A stretch of DNA of 60,426 bases. It comes from Patescibacteria group bacterium. Its GTDB lineage: Bacteria > Patescibacteriota > Patescibacteriia > Patescibacteriales > UBA12465. Every line of letters begins with the position of its first letter. The first letter of the stretch is position 1. A program made the position numbers and the translations under genes. The stretch lies in NCBI GenBank assembly GCA_028696995.1, contig JAQVFY010000004.1, forward strand, positions 1-60,426, written 5' to 3'. Below the pieces are notes generated by a model, which was given only the letters and a program-made list of their open reading frames with translations, was not told the origin of the DNA and did not search any database. Of this stretch, positions 1-9,217 are shown in pieces.

Positions 1-1244
1 GCTGTTTCACCATCTATCACCTCCCCTTTTTCAGAAATTAAATTTAAAACTCGCTCCCCTTTTTCTATAGTTTTACTAAACTTTTCCTCTTCTTCGCTAA
101 TTGATTTTAAAATAAAATCTTTATTTCTTTCCAACTCCTTATAATCCTCCTTATAGAAATCAATAATTATCTTAGAAGTTTCAGTGATAAAACCCCCTTG
201 AGTAATACCCAATTGACGAGCTGAACGTAAAGCCCGACGAATTAAACGACGAATAATATAGCCTTGATCGGTATTAGAAGGGCTAAGTTTCTTATCGTCA
301 CCCAATAAAAAAGTAGATGACTTAATATGATCAGAAATTATTTCAAAGTATTTCTTATTATTTTCATATTTCTTACCAGATAATTCTTCAATTTTTTTAA
401 TAACATTATTTAAAGAATCAATTTCAAAGATATTATCTAGATTATTAACAGCCATAACCAATCTTTCTAATCCGCCACCAAAATCAACATTTTTATTCTT
501 TAATTCCTCCCAGCCATTAGATGTTTTTTGATATTGCATAAAAACGGAATTGCCAATTTCGATAAAACGGCCGCATTCGCAATTTAAATGACAATGAGGC
601 CCAAATTTAGGATCATGCTTCTTCCCAGTATCATAAAAAGTTTCGCTATCTGGCCCACCCAACTCTCCAACAGCATCGCCCCTTTGCCACCAGTTTTTAT
701 CACGATAAGCAAAAATTTTTTGTTTGGTAAAATCTAGTTCTACTTCTGGCCCAGCATCACCCTCTAAGGTATTTTCCGGACCTTCTTGTGCCTCTATGCC
801 ATATTTTTTATAAATATTCTTCAGAATTTGAACAGATTTATTGTCTTTGGAAATCTTTTGACCATCACCAACATAAACAGTTTGATAAATTTTATTAATA
901 TCTAAATTCAATTTTTCAATAATAAACTCAAACCACCAATTAAGTTGTTCTTCTTTAAAATAATCCCCCAAACTCCAATTACCTAACATTTCAAAGAAGG
1001 TATTGTGTCGCCCATCTCCAACATCATCAATATCTTCACTACGAAAACATTTCTGGCTATTAGTTAATCTAACACCAGCCGGATGATTTTCACCTAATAA
1101 ATATGGAACCAATGGAGACATCCCGGAATTAACAAAAAGTAAGCTAGGGTCATTTTCAGGAATCAAAGAAGAGCTAGAAATTACTTGATGTTTCTTTTCA
1201 GCGAAAAATTCTAGGTATTTTTGACGTATTTTTTTAGTGGTCAT
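1..1244 (-). CDS. alaS: alanine--tRNA ligase, N-terminal part (the gene's 3' end runs off the window start)
   Basis: This ORF is not in the ORF track because no stop lies in the window. Reverse translation from the ATG at 1244-1242 gives MTTKKIRQKYLEFFAEKKHQVISSSSLIPENDPSLLFVNSGMSPLVPYLLGENHPAGVRLTNSQKCFRSEDIDDVGDGRHNTFFEMLGNWSLGDYFKEE. That is the conserved AlaRS catalytic N-terminus. Confidence 0.9.
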   Translation of the reverse strand, partial: MTTKKIRQKYLEFFAEKKHQVISSSSLIPENDPSLLFVNSGMSPLVPYLLGENHPAGVRLTNSQKCFRSEDIDDVGDGRHNTFFEMLGNWSLGDYFKEEQLNWWFEFIIEKLNLDINKIYQTVYVGDGQKISKDNKSVQILKNIYKKYGIEAQEGPENTLEGDAGPEVELDFTKQKIFAYRDKNWWQRGDAVGELGGPDSETFYDTGKKHDPKFGPHCHLNCECGRFIEIGNSVFMQYQKTSNGWEELKNKNVDFGGGLERLVMAVNNLDNIFEIDSLNNVIKKIEELSGKKYENNKKYFEIISDHIKSSTFLLGDDKKLSPSNTDQGYIIRRLIRRALRSARQLGITQGGFITETSKIIIDFYKEDYKELERNKDFILKSISEEEEKFSKTIEKGERVLNLISEKGEVIDGET

Positions 1245-1265
1245 TTGTTTATATAATTAAATTTT

Positions 1266-1982
1266 TTATTTAGAATAAACAGTAATATAATTTTTCAACA
1301 CAAAAATACAATCTTTTTTTAAATTACTTTTAATCCAAGCCTTTTCTTTTTCGCTGTCAACCAATTCACCCAACCCCTGTAAGATTTTATTATCTCCTAT
1401 TTTTTCTATAAAATCAACACAATCTCTTAAATAATCTACCACTTTTTTGTCCGTCCATTTTTTAATAATATCAACATCGATGTCCCAATTATTTTTAGCA
1501 AAATAATAAATATCATAAACATCTCTCATGGCTAGCTTTTTTCTAGAAGTAAGAGCAACAAGTTTACTGGCAAATAAATATTCTTTTTTAGCAGTCAAAA
1601 CACTAATACCCAAATAATCATTTAATTCGTAATAATTATTAATATTATCAACTATCTTTCTGGTATTTATTTCTATTTTAATATTGTGATCGTCTGGACC
1701 ATAGGAAAGTAAAGCAAAAATCGTAAATCTTTTAATATAATAATTTTTAACCTCTCCGTAGTTGGATAAAATTTCCACAATTTTTTTAAATATCAATTCT
1801 TTTTTCTCTTCATCAAAGACTAATAAATCAAAATCTAAGTCCACTGAAAATCTTGTTAAATTATAGAAAAAATAAACGCAGGTTCCGCCCTTAAAACCCA
1901 AAATAGAACTAATATTTACATCAGTATAAATATCTCTCAAAATCTGACCCATCAATAATTGATGTTTTTCTTTATTGAGCAT
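1266..1982 (-). CDS. AbiEii/AbiGii-family nucleotidyltransferase toxin (type IV TA, DUF1814-like)
   Basis: The 238-aa product has an N-terminus LGFKGGTCVYFFYNLTRFSVDLDFDL typical of the family. It overlaps the upstream AbiEi-like gene by 11 nt, which is classic TA coupling. Confidence 0.75.
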   Translation of the reverse strand: MLNKEKHQLLMGQILRDIYTDVNISSILGFKGGTCVYFFYNLTRFSVDLDFDLLVFDEEKKELIFKKIVEILSNYGEVKNYYIKRFTIFALLSYGPDDHNIKIEINTRKIVDNINNYYELNDYLGISVLTAKKEYLFASKLVALTSRKKLAMRDVYDIYYFAKNNWDIDVDIIKKWTDKKVVDYLRDCVDFIEKIGDNKILQGLGELVDSEKEKAWIKSNLKKDCIFVLKNYITVYSK

Positions 1983-2544
1983 AATCTTTCTTATAATTAA
2001 TTAACCTCCTTTCCAATTCTTTATTATTATAAACCTTTAATAAATCCTCGCACTTATCCCAATTGATACTACTAAGATTATCAAAATAATAATCTGGAAA
2101 TAAATAAATCATATCCAAAAAAGCTCTCTCAACCGTGGCGATGCTATAATTATTTTCATTGATAATACCACTGGGATTAAATAAAATTATATTTTTCAAT
2201 CTTCTAAAATTAAAAATATTCTTCCCTATTTTTATTTTTTTAGGCCATTTAGAGGCAATAAAAATACTATCGTAGTGCTGAAAAATTACCCCTTGTTCTC
2301 GCAAAACGGTTTCAAAGCTAATATAGGAAGGAACATAAATGCTAGTAGCTAATTCTTTTGGGCTATAATCTTTGTTTTTAGCAAAGACACCACGAGTCAA
2401 TCTTATCAATACTCCCTTCTTAACATAATAAGCTATTTTGTTGTATAAGCTCTCTTTATTGCTATTTTGCCAAATTAAAGCTAGATCTTTGGTGCTTAAA
2501 ATCGTTTTGGGAGATTTATATAATTTTGTTATTAAATTATCCAT
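1972..2544 (-). CDS. AbiEi-family antitoxin / transcriptional regulator
   Basis: The 190-aa product has an N-terminal segment ILSTKDLALIW...KIAYYVKKGVLIRLTRGVFA that matches the AbiEi_4-type winged-helix pattern. It lies directly upstream of, and overlaps, the AbiEii-like gene. Confidence 0.7.
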   Translation of the reverse strand: MDNLITKLYKSPKTILSTKDLALIWQNSNKESLYNKIAYYVKKGVLIRLTRGVFAKNKDYSPKELATSIYVPSYISFETVLREQGVIFQHYDSIFIASKWPKKIKIGKNIFNFRRLKNIILFNPSGIINENNYSIATVERAFLDMIYLFPDYYFDNLSSINWDKCEDLLKVYNNKELERRLINYKKDYAQ

Positions 2545-2556
2545 ATAATAATATCA

Positions 2557-2587
2557 AATGGAACTATTAATATTTCATAGTTCCATT
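2557..2587. promoter_or_regulatory. 11-bp perfect inverted repeat, candidate AbiEi operator; may also act as terminator of the upstream 1005-aa gene
   Basis: AATGGAACTAT (2557-2567) and ATAGTTCCATT (2577-2587) are separated by 9 nt. The repeat lies 13 nt upstream of the abiEi ATG. Confidence 0.5.
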
Positions 2588-2629
2588 ATACATTATTGGA
2601 ATAAAAAGGTCAAATTTAGATTATTACTC

Positions 2630-5600
2630 CTATTTTTGAGCTAACCAGACAACAAAATGCCGTTCAGATTTTAAATTTAATTTATTTACCTTAAAACCAA
2701 CCTCTTTTAGGAGGGTCTCCATTTCGTCTTCGGTTAAATCGTAGGCCATATTGGGCAAACCGGACTCATTATCAAACTTATCACGTAATAACATACCTGC
2801 ATACCTAACGTTATTTTCCGGACGTCTTTCAGTATAAAAAATTATATCTTTTTGTTCTTTAGTTTTATTAATTTTCAAGCTCGCAACTATTTTTTTGGAA
2901 GGAATTTCATCATCTTTATATTTATCTACATATAGATAGCCACCTTTTTTTAGAAGGTTATAGTATATTTGTAATGTTGCCTTAATTTTTTCTAAACTTT
3001 TCTTTTTGTCTATTTTAATCTCCTCATTCCAGCCACCATTTGCATATATAATTGTATTCCCACGATTAAATAAAAAATCAAATGAATTTTTCTTAAAATA
3101 TTTCTCCAAATCTAACCAAGGAGAAATTATAATCTCATGCTTAAGCCCTATCTTTTCTAAATCTTTTTTAAACGGCTTAGTCATAAAAACACTTTTATCC
3201 GCAATTTTAAAATTATACCCCTTTATGAGCATTTCTTTAACAAAAAAACCTGGGCCAACCGAAGTGTCTAAAAATCTTGATTTTTTATTTAAACCACAAT
3301 CTTTGAATAAATCTTCAATTTCGCCTACGTACTCATCAACATCATAAAGAAGATTATATTCACACATCTTCCATAATTCAGGAAAATCAGGTTCTTTCTC
3401 AACTTCAATTTCTTGAAGCAAGTCTTTATCACTAATATATTTAATTTCAGCCCCCGTTGCTAAATACCTGGCTGAATCTGGTCCCAGGGGAATATTAAAA
3501 AATTTAAAACTACCCAGATTTTTTTCTTGAAGCATTGTTTTGACATACAACTCAGCTCCTCTCGTAACCGCATCATCACACATAGCGGGGGTTAGCATGA
3601 TAAGAATCTTGTTTTTTGATTTAATCTTGGGTTTTAAAACCTTTTCTGAAACATAATTAAAGTCAATAATATCAGTCTTGCCAAATAATTCTGCTATAAA
3701 TTGACAAACCTCAACTATACAAAATTTTCCACCTGTTTTAGAGTTAAATGTGTTAAAAGTGCATGTTTTTATTTCTTGATTATCAAGAATCTTTATAGAC
3801 AAATCCCAAGTCTCTTTATTAAAAGAATAATTAATCATTCCATTAAAATACTCCTTATTTTTACTAATAAAGTTTTTAAATCTAGCCCGAAGAGCAGTTT
3901 CGCATATATATTTATTCCTATCAAAATTCAAAATATCGTCCTTAATTAATCCTCCTTTGTCTAATATTTCTTGATATATATCCGGTATTTTATTTTTAGA
4001 GTATCTATCCAATAACTCAACCCTATACTCTTCCGCGCTTTTATTATTATTTCTTTTTAATAGCCTTAACTCATTTATTCCTGTAGTATCATTTGCAATT
4101 GTTGTCAATTTGGCAGAAACTCCTTCGCTCTTAAGAAATGAACAAATTTCAACACCCAGTTTCCAGCTATAAATAGGAAAGGTTGTCATGCCCAGCTCAT
4201 CTAAATATTTATGTAAATTTTCAGGCATCAAATCTTTTATACTGGGATAAAAAGTGTTTCCATCTAAATCAGGTACGGCCATAAAATGACCGGCCATAAT
4301 AATAACTTCTGTATTTTTTTTATCATGAATACTATCTATAATTTTGCTTAAAATTTGTTTTTTTGAATTAACTAAAATATTTCTTTTATAATAAACAAAA
4401 TTCCTAAACCTCTCTAAATTCTCATTCTTGATAAGCCCTTTCTTTTTGTCAAGATAAAACTTCAATTCCTGAACAAACCTCTCTATATCATCCTCATCAT
4501 TATAACACCCTAGACTAACCCTAATTGTCTCTGAGCCCAATTCATCACTCAGTGGAAAGGCGCAATGAGATCCATATCGGATACAAATCTTTCTCTTATT
4601 AAAATGATCACCAATATCCTTAACGGACTCATCTTTAATAGAAAAAGAAACCAAACCTATTTTATCTTCTATCCTCTTTGGTCCATAAATACTTAGACCC
4701 TCTATTTCACTCAATTTATCAATAAGAGATTTTAATAATTCCAATTCATGTTTTCGTATTTCTAGATAAGACACTGAACGAATAAAATTAACTGCTTCTG
4801 ATAAAGCAATAATATTAGAAACATTAGGAGTGCCTCCCTCTAATCCGGCTAATCCCGGTAATAGATCTAGCACCAAATCATCCTTCTTTTTCCCTTTAAC
4901 AATAGAGGCATCACTTACTACTCCCCCACCAATACGAACCATTTTCATAAGTGGCCAAACATTTTTTGAGGCAAATAATACTCCAACTCCATCAGGGCCA
5001 TACATTTTATGAGAAGAAAAAGCACAGAAATCACATTTAGCCTTTTTAGTATCTACCGGAATATGGGAAATGGAATTAGCTGAATCAATTATATAGATAA
5101 TATCTTTATTAAACTTCTTTATTAGAGCTCCTATTTTTTCAATTGGATTAATCCCTCCTAGAACATTGGATGAATGTTGTAGAGACACTATTTTTGTCTT
5201 AGATGATAATTTTTCCTTTAAATCATTTACATCGATTAGCCCATCCTTTAAACCAACAACTCGAAAAATTGCTCCTCTTTCTATCATTTTCTTAAAAGGA
5301 AGCATATTAGAGTGATGCTCAGCAATAGAGATAATTATTTCATCGCCCTTTTTTATCTCGTCTAAAATGGTGTCCACAGCCAAATTAATTGAATCAGTGG
5401 TATTTCCGGTAAAAACAATTTCTTCTTTTTGACAATTTATGAAACGAGCAATATTCTCTCTAGCCAAATCAATTTTTTCTTCGTTTTTAGTGGCAATAGA
5501 GTGAGAACTTCTGTGTGGATTACCCTTATTCTCTAAACCAGAATGAGCAACATTAATAACTACAGCTGGAGTCTGCGTTGTAGCAGCGCTATCCAAATAC

Positions 5601-5647
5601 ACTAAAGAATTATTTCTAAAAAATGGAAACCTAGCTTTTAGATTCAT
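2630..5647 (-). CDS. three-part fusion protein: class-V aminotransferase/cysteine desulfurase (aa 1-~400) + unassigned middle module (~440-750) + class I SAM-dependent methyltransferase (~790-1005)
   Basis: The N-terminal part carries SSHKMYGP (PLP lysine at about aa 214) and GSHCAFP (active-site Cys at about aa 362). The C-terminal part carries FLDTSVGPG, a glycine-rich SAM motif I. I recognise no motif in the middle region. Confidence 0.75.
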   Translation of the reverse strand: MNLKARFPFFRNNSLVYLDSAATTQTPAVVINVAHSGLENKGNPHRSSHSIATKNEEKIDLARENIARFINCQKEEIVFTGNTTDSINLAVDTILDEIKKGDEIIISIAEHHSNMLPFKKMIERGAIFRVVGLKDGLIDVNDLKEKLSSKTKIVSLQHSSNVLGGINPIEKIGALIKKFNKDIIYIIDSANSISHIPVDTKKAKCDFCAFSSHKMYGPDGVGVLFASKNVWPLMKMVRIGGGVVSDASIVKGKKKDDLVLDLLPGLAGLEGGTPNVSNIIALSEAVNFIRSVSYLEIRKHELELLKSLIDKLSEIEGLSIYGPKRIEDKIGLVSFSIKDESVKDIGDHFNKRKICIRYGSHCAFPLSDELGSETIRVSLGCYNDEDDIERFVQELKFYLDKKKGLIKNENLERFRNFVYYKRNILVNSKKQILSKIIDSIHDKKNTEVIIMAGHFMAVPDLDGNTFYPSIKDLMPENLHKYLDELGMTTFPIYSWKLGVEICSFLKSEGVSAKLTTIANDTTGINELRLLKRNNNKSAEEYRVELLDRYSKNKIPDIYQEILDKGGLIKDDILNFDRNKYICETALRARFKNFISKNKEYFNGMINYSFNKETWDLSIKILDNQEIKTCTFNTFNSKTGGKFCIVEVCQFIAELFGKTDIIDFNYVSEKVLKPKIKSKNKILIMLTPAMCDDAVTRGAELYVKTMLQEKNLGSFKFFNIPLGPDSARYLATGAEIKYISDKDLLQEIEVEKEPDFPELWKMCEYNLLYDVDEYVGEIEDLFKDCGLNKKSRFLDTSVGPGFFVKEMLIKGYNFKIADKSVFMTKPFKKDLEKIGLKHEIIISPWLDLEKYFKKNSFDFLFNRGNTIIYANGGWNEEIKIDKKKSLEKIKATLQIYYNLLKKGGYLYVDKYKDDEIPSKKIVASLKINKTKEQKDIIFYTERRPENNVRYAGMLLRDKFDNESGLPNMAYDLTEDEMETLLKEVGFKVNKLNLKSERHFVVWLAQK

Positions 5648-5676
5648 ATTATTATAATTTTTTATTATATTTAATA

Positions 5677-6699
5677 TTATAGCACATTAACCTCCTCTTC
5701 CAAATCAATATCAAACCTGTTTTTCACCTCTTGTTTTATATTTTCTACCAAACCCAAAACATCCTTCTGCTTCGCTCCACCGTGATTTACGATTATCAAG
5801 GCCTGTTTTTCATAAATTCCCACCGGTCCAAAAGTCTTTCCTTTAAAACCACATTGCTCTATTAACCAACCAGCTGGAATTTTAAATCCCTGCTCATCCA
5901 CAAAACTTTTTATATCCGGAAACTTCTCTTTTAAGACCTTAAAATGTTCGGGATTAATTATGGGATTTTTAAAAAATGATCCAGCATTAGCTAAAACTGC
6001 CGGATTAGGCAATTTACTATCACGAATTTCTCTAATAATTTCCGTTAACTCCCTTAAACTTGGCTCCTTAATTCCTCTCTCCTCCAAGACTCGCTGAACA
6101 TCGGGATAATTTAAATTTAATTTCCCACTACGACTAAGTTTAAATTCCACCCAAAGAATAAAGTATTTTCCTTTTAATTCTTTTTTAAAAACACTATCAC
6201 GATAGGAAAAATTACAATCCTCTAAATTAAAAAATCTCCCCTCCCCTGTTTTTATATCAACTGCTTTTAGATTATAAAAAACGTCTTTGATTTCCGTACC
6301 ATAAGCTCCGATATTTTGTATCGGAGAGGCTCCAACCGTCCCAGGGATATAAAAAGTGTTTTCTAAACCATATAAACCATTTTCAATAGTAAAATAAACC
6401 AATTTTGACCAAATTTCTCCACTATAGACTCGAACAATTACCTCACTCTCATTTTCTGATACTATCTCTAAACCCTTAATTTCATTTTTTATCACCAATC
6501 CATCATAACCATCATCAGAAAACAGTAAATTAGAACCACCTCCCAGAACAAAAATTTTTTCATCTTTTTTATTGGCCCAATTAATGGTCGCAAATAATTC
6601 TTCTTCACTTTTAACTACTACAAAATATTTAGCTAAACCGCCAATTTTAAAAGTAGTATAATCAGATAATTTTATATTTTCTAAAATTTTTATATCCAT
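5677..6699 (-). CDS. murB: UDP-N-acetylenolpyruvoylglucosamine reductase
   Basis: The 340-aa product has the FAD-binding N-terminus LSDYTTFKIGGLAKYF...VLGGGSNLL. It sits in a mur cluster. Confidence 0.9.
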   Translation of the reverse strand: MDIKILENIKLSDYTTFKIGGLAKYFVVVKSEEELFATINWANKKDEKIFVLGGGSNLLFSDDGYDGLVIKNEIKGLEIVSENESEVIVRVYSGEIWSKLVYFTIENGLYGLENTFYIPGTVGASPIQNIGAYGTEIKDVFYNLKAVDIKTGEGRFFNLEDCNFSYRDSVFKKELKGKYFILWVEFKLSRSGKLNLNYPDVQRVLEERGIKEPSLRELTEIIREIRDSKLPNPAVLANAGSFFKNPIINPEHFKVLKEKFPDIKSFVDEQGFKIPAGWLIEQCGFKGKTFGPVGIYEKQALIIVNHGGAKQKDVLGLVENIKQEVKNRFDIDLEEEVNVL

Positions 6700-6703
6700 C
6701 TTT

Positions 6704-8128
6704 TTATTTTTTTAATAAACCCTCCCCCACTCGAAAAACATCACCAGCCCCTAGAAGTAAAATAATATTATTACTTCCTTTAATCTTTCTTAATTCTCTT
6801 TCAACTGCTTTCATGTCTTTAAAATATTTAAGATCCTGATCAATTTTGTTTTTCATATTATATTGCCCTATTTTAGCCATTAAATCAAGGCTAGAAAGCC
6901 CCCCGGCCTTTTCCCGGGCCGAAGTATAAATTTCCAATAAATAAACCCGATCTGACTGAGTAAAGCTTTCGGCAAAATCATTTATTAAGGCCTTGGTACG
7001 AGTAATGGTATGAGGATGAAAAACAGTAATAATCTTTTTATTTTTATACTTCTGCTTAACAGCCTGTAAACAAGCCTTAACCTCAACCGGATGATGAGCA
7101 TAATCATCAATAATAATATTACCCCGATATTTACCTAAAACTTCAAAACGACGAGCTGAGCCCAAAAATGAGTATAAGGCTTTTTTAAGATCCTCCAACT
7201 TGACTCCCAGTTTTAAAGACGTAGAAATAACGGCTAAGGCATTGGAAACATTATGTCGCCCAAATAACTTTATTTTAAATTCCCCCAAACTTCTATTATT
7301 CTCAAAAACTTCAAAAATCTGGTATCCAGATTTAAATTTCAGATTTCTAGCTAAATATACTTTAGAAGCAATATCCCTGAAATTATTTTTATTACCAAAA
7401 TCATCAATATAATATCCAATTATCTTAGCAGAAGAATTTTTAGAAGCCCTAACCGCTAAAGCATTTTCTAAATTTACAACCACAAAACCACTTGCTGGAA
7501 TTTTTTTTATAAACTCCGCAAAAACTTGAAAATAGGCTTTCTCATCTTTAAAATAATCAGGATGATCAAAATCAATATTATTTAAAACAATAGCTTGAGG
7601 ATTAAAATATTGAAATTTATTCTGATACTCATCGGATTCGGCAATAAAATATTTCGATTTACCAAACAAAGCACTTCCTTTAAATTGTCGAACATAAGAA
7701 CCGGTTAAAACATTAGGAGAAAGACCACTTTTTTGTAAAACATAACCCAACCAGGAAGTCACCGTAGTCTTACCATGACTACCGCAAACTGAAATACCAA
7801 AATAATCATCAAATAAATAACCCAAAGCTTGAGCATAAGAAATTGTGGGAATATTTTTATTACTAAAATATTTTAACTCGATATTCTCCTTATCATTATA
7901 GGCGGAAGAATAAATTATTAAATCAATTTTTTTAGGAAAATCTTTTAAAGAAAAACCATTTTTAAATTTAATTTGAGAATTAATTAAAGTTTTATCAGTT
8001 GGAAAAACATCTTTAATATCAGAACCACTAATAGTAAATCCTTTACTCTTTAAAAATTGGGCTAACATCGCCATCCCCACCCCCTTTATTCCAACCATAT
8101 AAATATTTTGGTAATCTTTTAATTTCAT
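6704..8128 (-). CDS. murC: UDP-N-acetylmuramate--L-alanine ligase
   Basis: The 474-aa product has the N-terminus MVGIKGVGMAMLAQFL and the Mur ligase P-loop GSHGKTT. It lies between murG and murB. Confidence 0.9.
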   Translation of the reverse strand: MKLKDYQNIYMVGIKGVGMAMLAQFLKSKGFTISGSDIKDVFPTDKTLINSQIKFKNGFSLKDFPKKIDLIIYSSAYNDKENIELKYFSNKNIPTISYAQALGYLFDDYFGISVCGSHGKTTVTSWLGYVLQKSGLSPNVLTGSYVRQFKGSALFGKSKYFIAESDEYQNKFQYFNPQAIVLNNIDFDHPDYFKDEKAYFQVFAEFIKKIPASGFVVVNLENALAVRASKNSSAKIIGYYIDDFGNKNNFRDIASKVYLARNLKFKSGYQIFEVFENNRSLGEFKIKLFGRHNVSNALAVISTSLKLGVKLEDLKKALYSFLGSARRFEVLGKYRGNIIIDDYAHHPVEVKACLQAVKQKYKNKKIITVFHPHTITRTKALINDFAESFTQSDRVYLLEIYTSAREKAGGLSSLDLMAKIGQYNMKNKIDQDLKYFKDMKAVERELRKIKGSNNIILLLGAGDVFRVGEGLLKK

Positions 8129-8134
8129 AAAATC

Positions 8135-9211
8135 TTAATTTAAAATTTCTTTAATTATATTCATCATCTCCTTATTACCGTTTTTAATAACCAAAGAAAT
8201 ATTTTCACTTAATCTCTTTTTTAGATCTGGATTATTTAAAATGTTTTTCACTTCATTAATAAAAATATCAGGTCGTAAAGTATTTTCTTCTAAAATTTTA
8301 GCTGATTTTAACTTGGCAAACTCTTTAGCATTTTCTTCTTGATGAGAATTGGGCATCGGAATTAAAATGGCTGGTTTTTTAAAGAAAGATAATTCTGTTA
8401 AAGCTCCTAGACCACAACGAGATACTACTAAATCGGACTCCAACATCAGGTTTAATAAATCTTGGTGATAAATAAAATCAATTTTTTGATAATTATTATT
8501 TATTATTTTTTTATCATCACTTCTATCTATTTTTCCACTAACATGAAAAACTCTAGTAAAAATAAGGAGGTCTTCGATAGATTGGGAAATTAATTGATTA
8601 ATAAAAGATGATCCCGTTCCACCACCAACCACTAACATTAAAGGCAAATGAGATTTTTTAATATTATATTTTTTTAAAATATCGTCCCGATCAGCTGAAA
8701 AATTTTTTAAATCTGGACCCAAATTACCAATCCATCTAGCCTTATTCCCATAATCACACAAAGAACTCTCAAAAGTAACTGTTACAACTTTAGCAAATCT
8801 AGCCATAATCCTATTAGCCAAACCAGGAACAACATCCTGCTGATGAACTATAATTGGAATACGCCAAAACCAGGAAGCAATAGAAAGAGGAACGGCCACA
8901 AATCCGCCAGCACTAATTATCAAATCAGGCTTTTCTTTTTTTAATAAAATTAAGGACTGCCAGAAAGCAATAAATATTTTAAAAATATCAATAAAATTTA
9001 ATAAAGAAAAATAGCGACGAAGCTTGCCACTTGAAATAGCCCGATACTCAATAGCCTCTTTTTTAACCAAATCTCTTTCAATACCTCGATAAGTTCCAAT
9101 AAATAAAAAATTAAACTCATATTTAAACTCTTTGTAAATCTGTAATAGCGGAGTAACCGAGCCACCAGTTCCTCCTCCACTCAAAATAATTTTTTTATTC
9201 AAATTATTCAT
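8135..9211 (-). CDS. murG: undecaprenyldiphospho-muramoylpentapeptide beta-N-acetylglucosaminyltransferase
   Basis: The 358-aa product has the SGGGTGGSVTPLL N-terminal glycine loop. Its position between ftsW and murC fits murG. Confidence 0.85.
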   Translation of the reverse strand: MNNLNKKIILSGGGTGGSVTPLLQIYKEFKYEFNFLFIGTYRGIERDLVKKEAIEYRAISSGKLRRYFSLLNFIDIFKIFIAFWQSLILLKKEKPDLIISAGGFVAVPLSIASWFWRIPIIVHQQDVVPGLANRIMARFAKVVTVTFESSLCDYGNKARWIGNLGPDLKNFSADRDDILKKYNIKKSHLPLMLVVGGGTGSSFINQLISQSIEDLLIFTRVFHVSGKIDRSDDKKIINNNYQKIDFIYHQDLLNLMLESDLVVSRCGLGALTELSFFKKPAILIPMPNSHQEENAKEFAKLKSAKILEENTLRPDIFINEVKNILNNPDLKKRLSENISLVIKNGNKEMMNIIKEILN

Positions 9212-9217
9212 AAAAAA

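Noticed and set aside
3006-5012. ORF-track entries on the plus strand inside the 1005-aa gene (3006-3347, 3701-3949, 4830-5012). Similar embedded ORFs occur elsewhere: 7200-7412, 8998-9180, 12326-12547, 19152-19340, 23587-23793, 27091-27339, 30573-30761, 31956-32288, 33009-33212, 39008-39319, 43737-43979, 45615-45866, 47000-47251, 48071-48277, 48942-49202, 49558-49881, 50507-50810, 51933-52196, 52814-53113, 54058-54246, 55342-55710, 56131-56331, 59240-59764.
   Set aside because: All lie entirely within longer ORFs that carry clear conserved-family motifs, either antisense or in an alternate frame. Their translations are low-complexity (S/L/F/I/K-rich), as expected for shadow frames of AT-rich genes.
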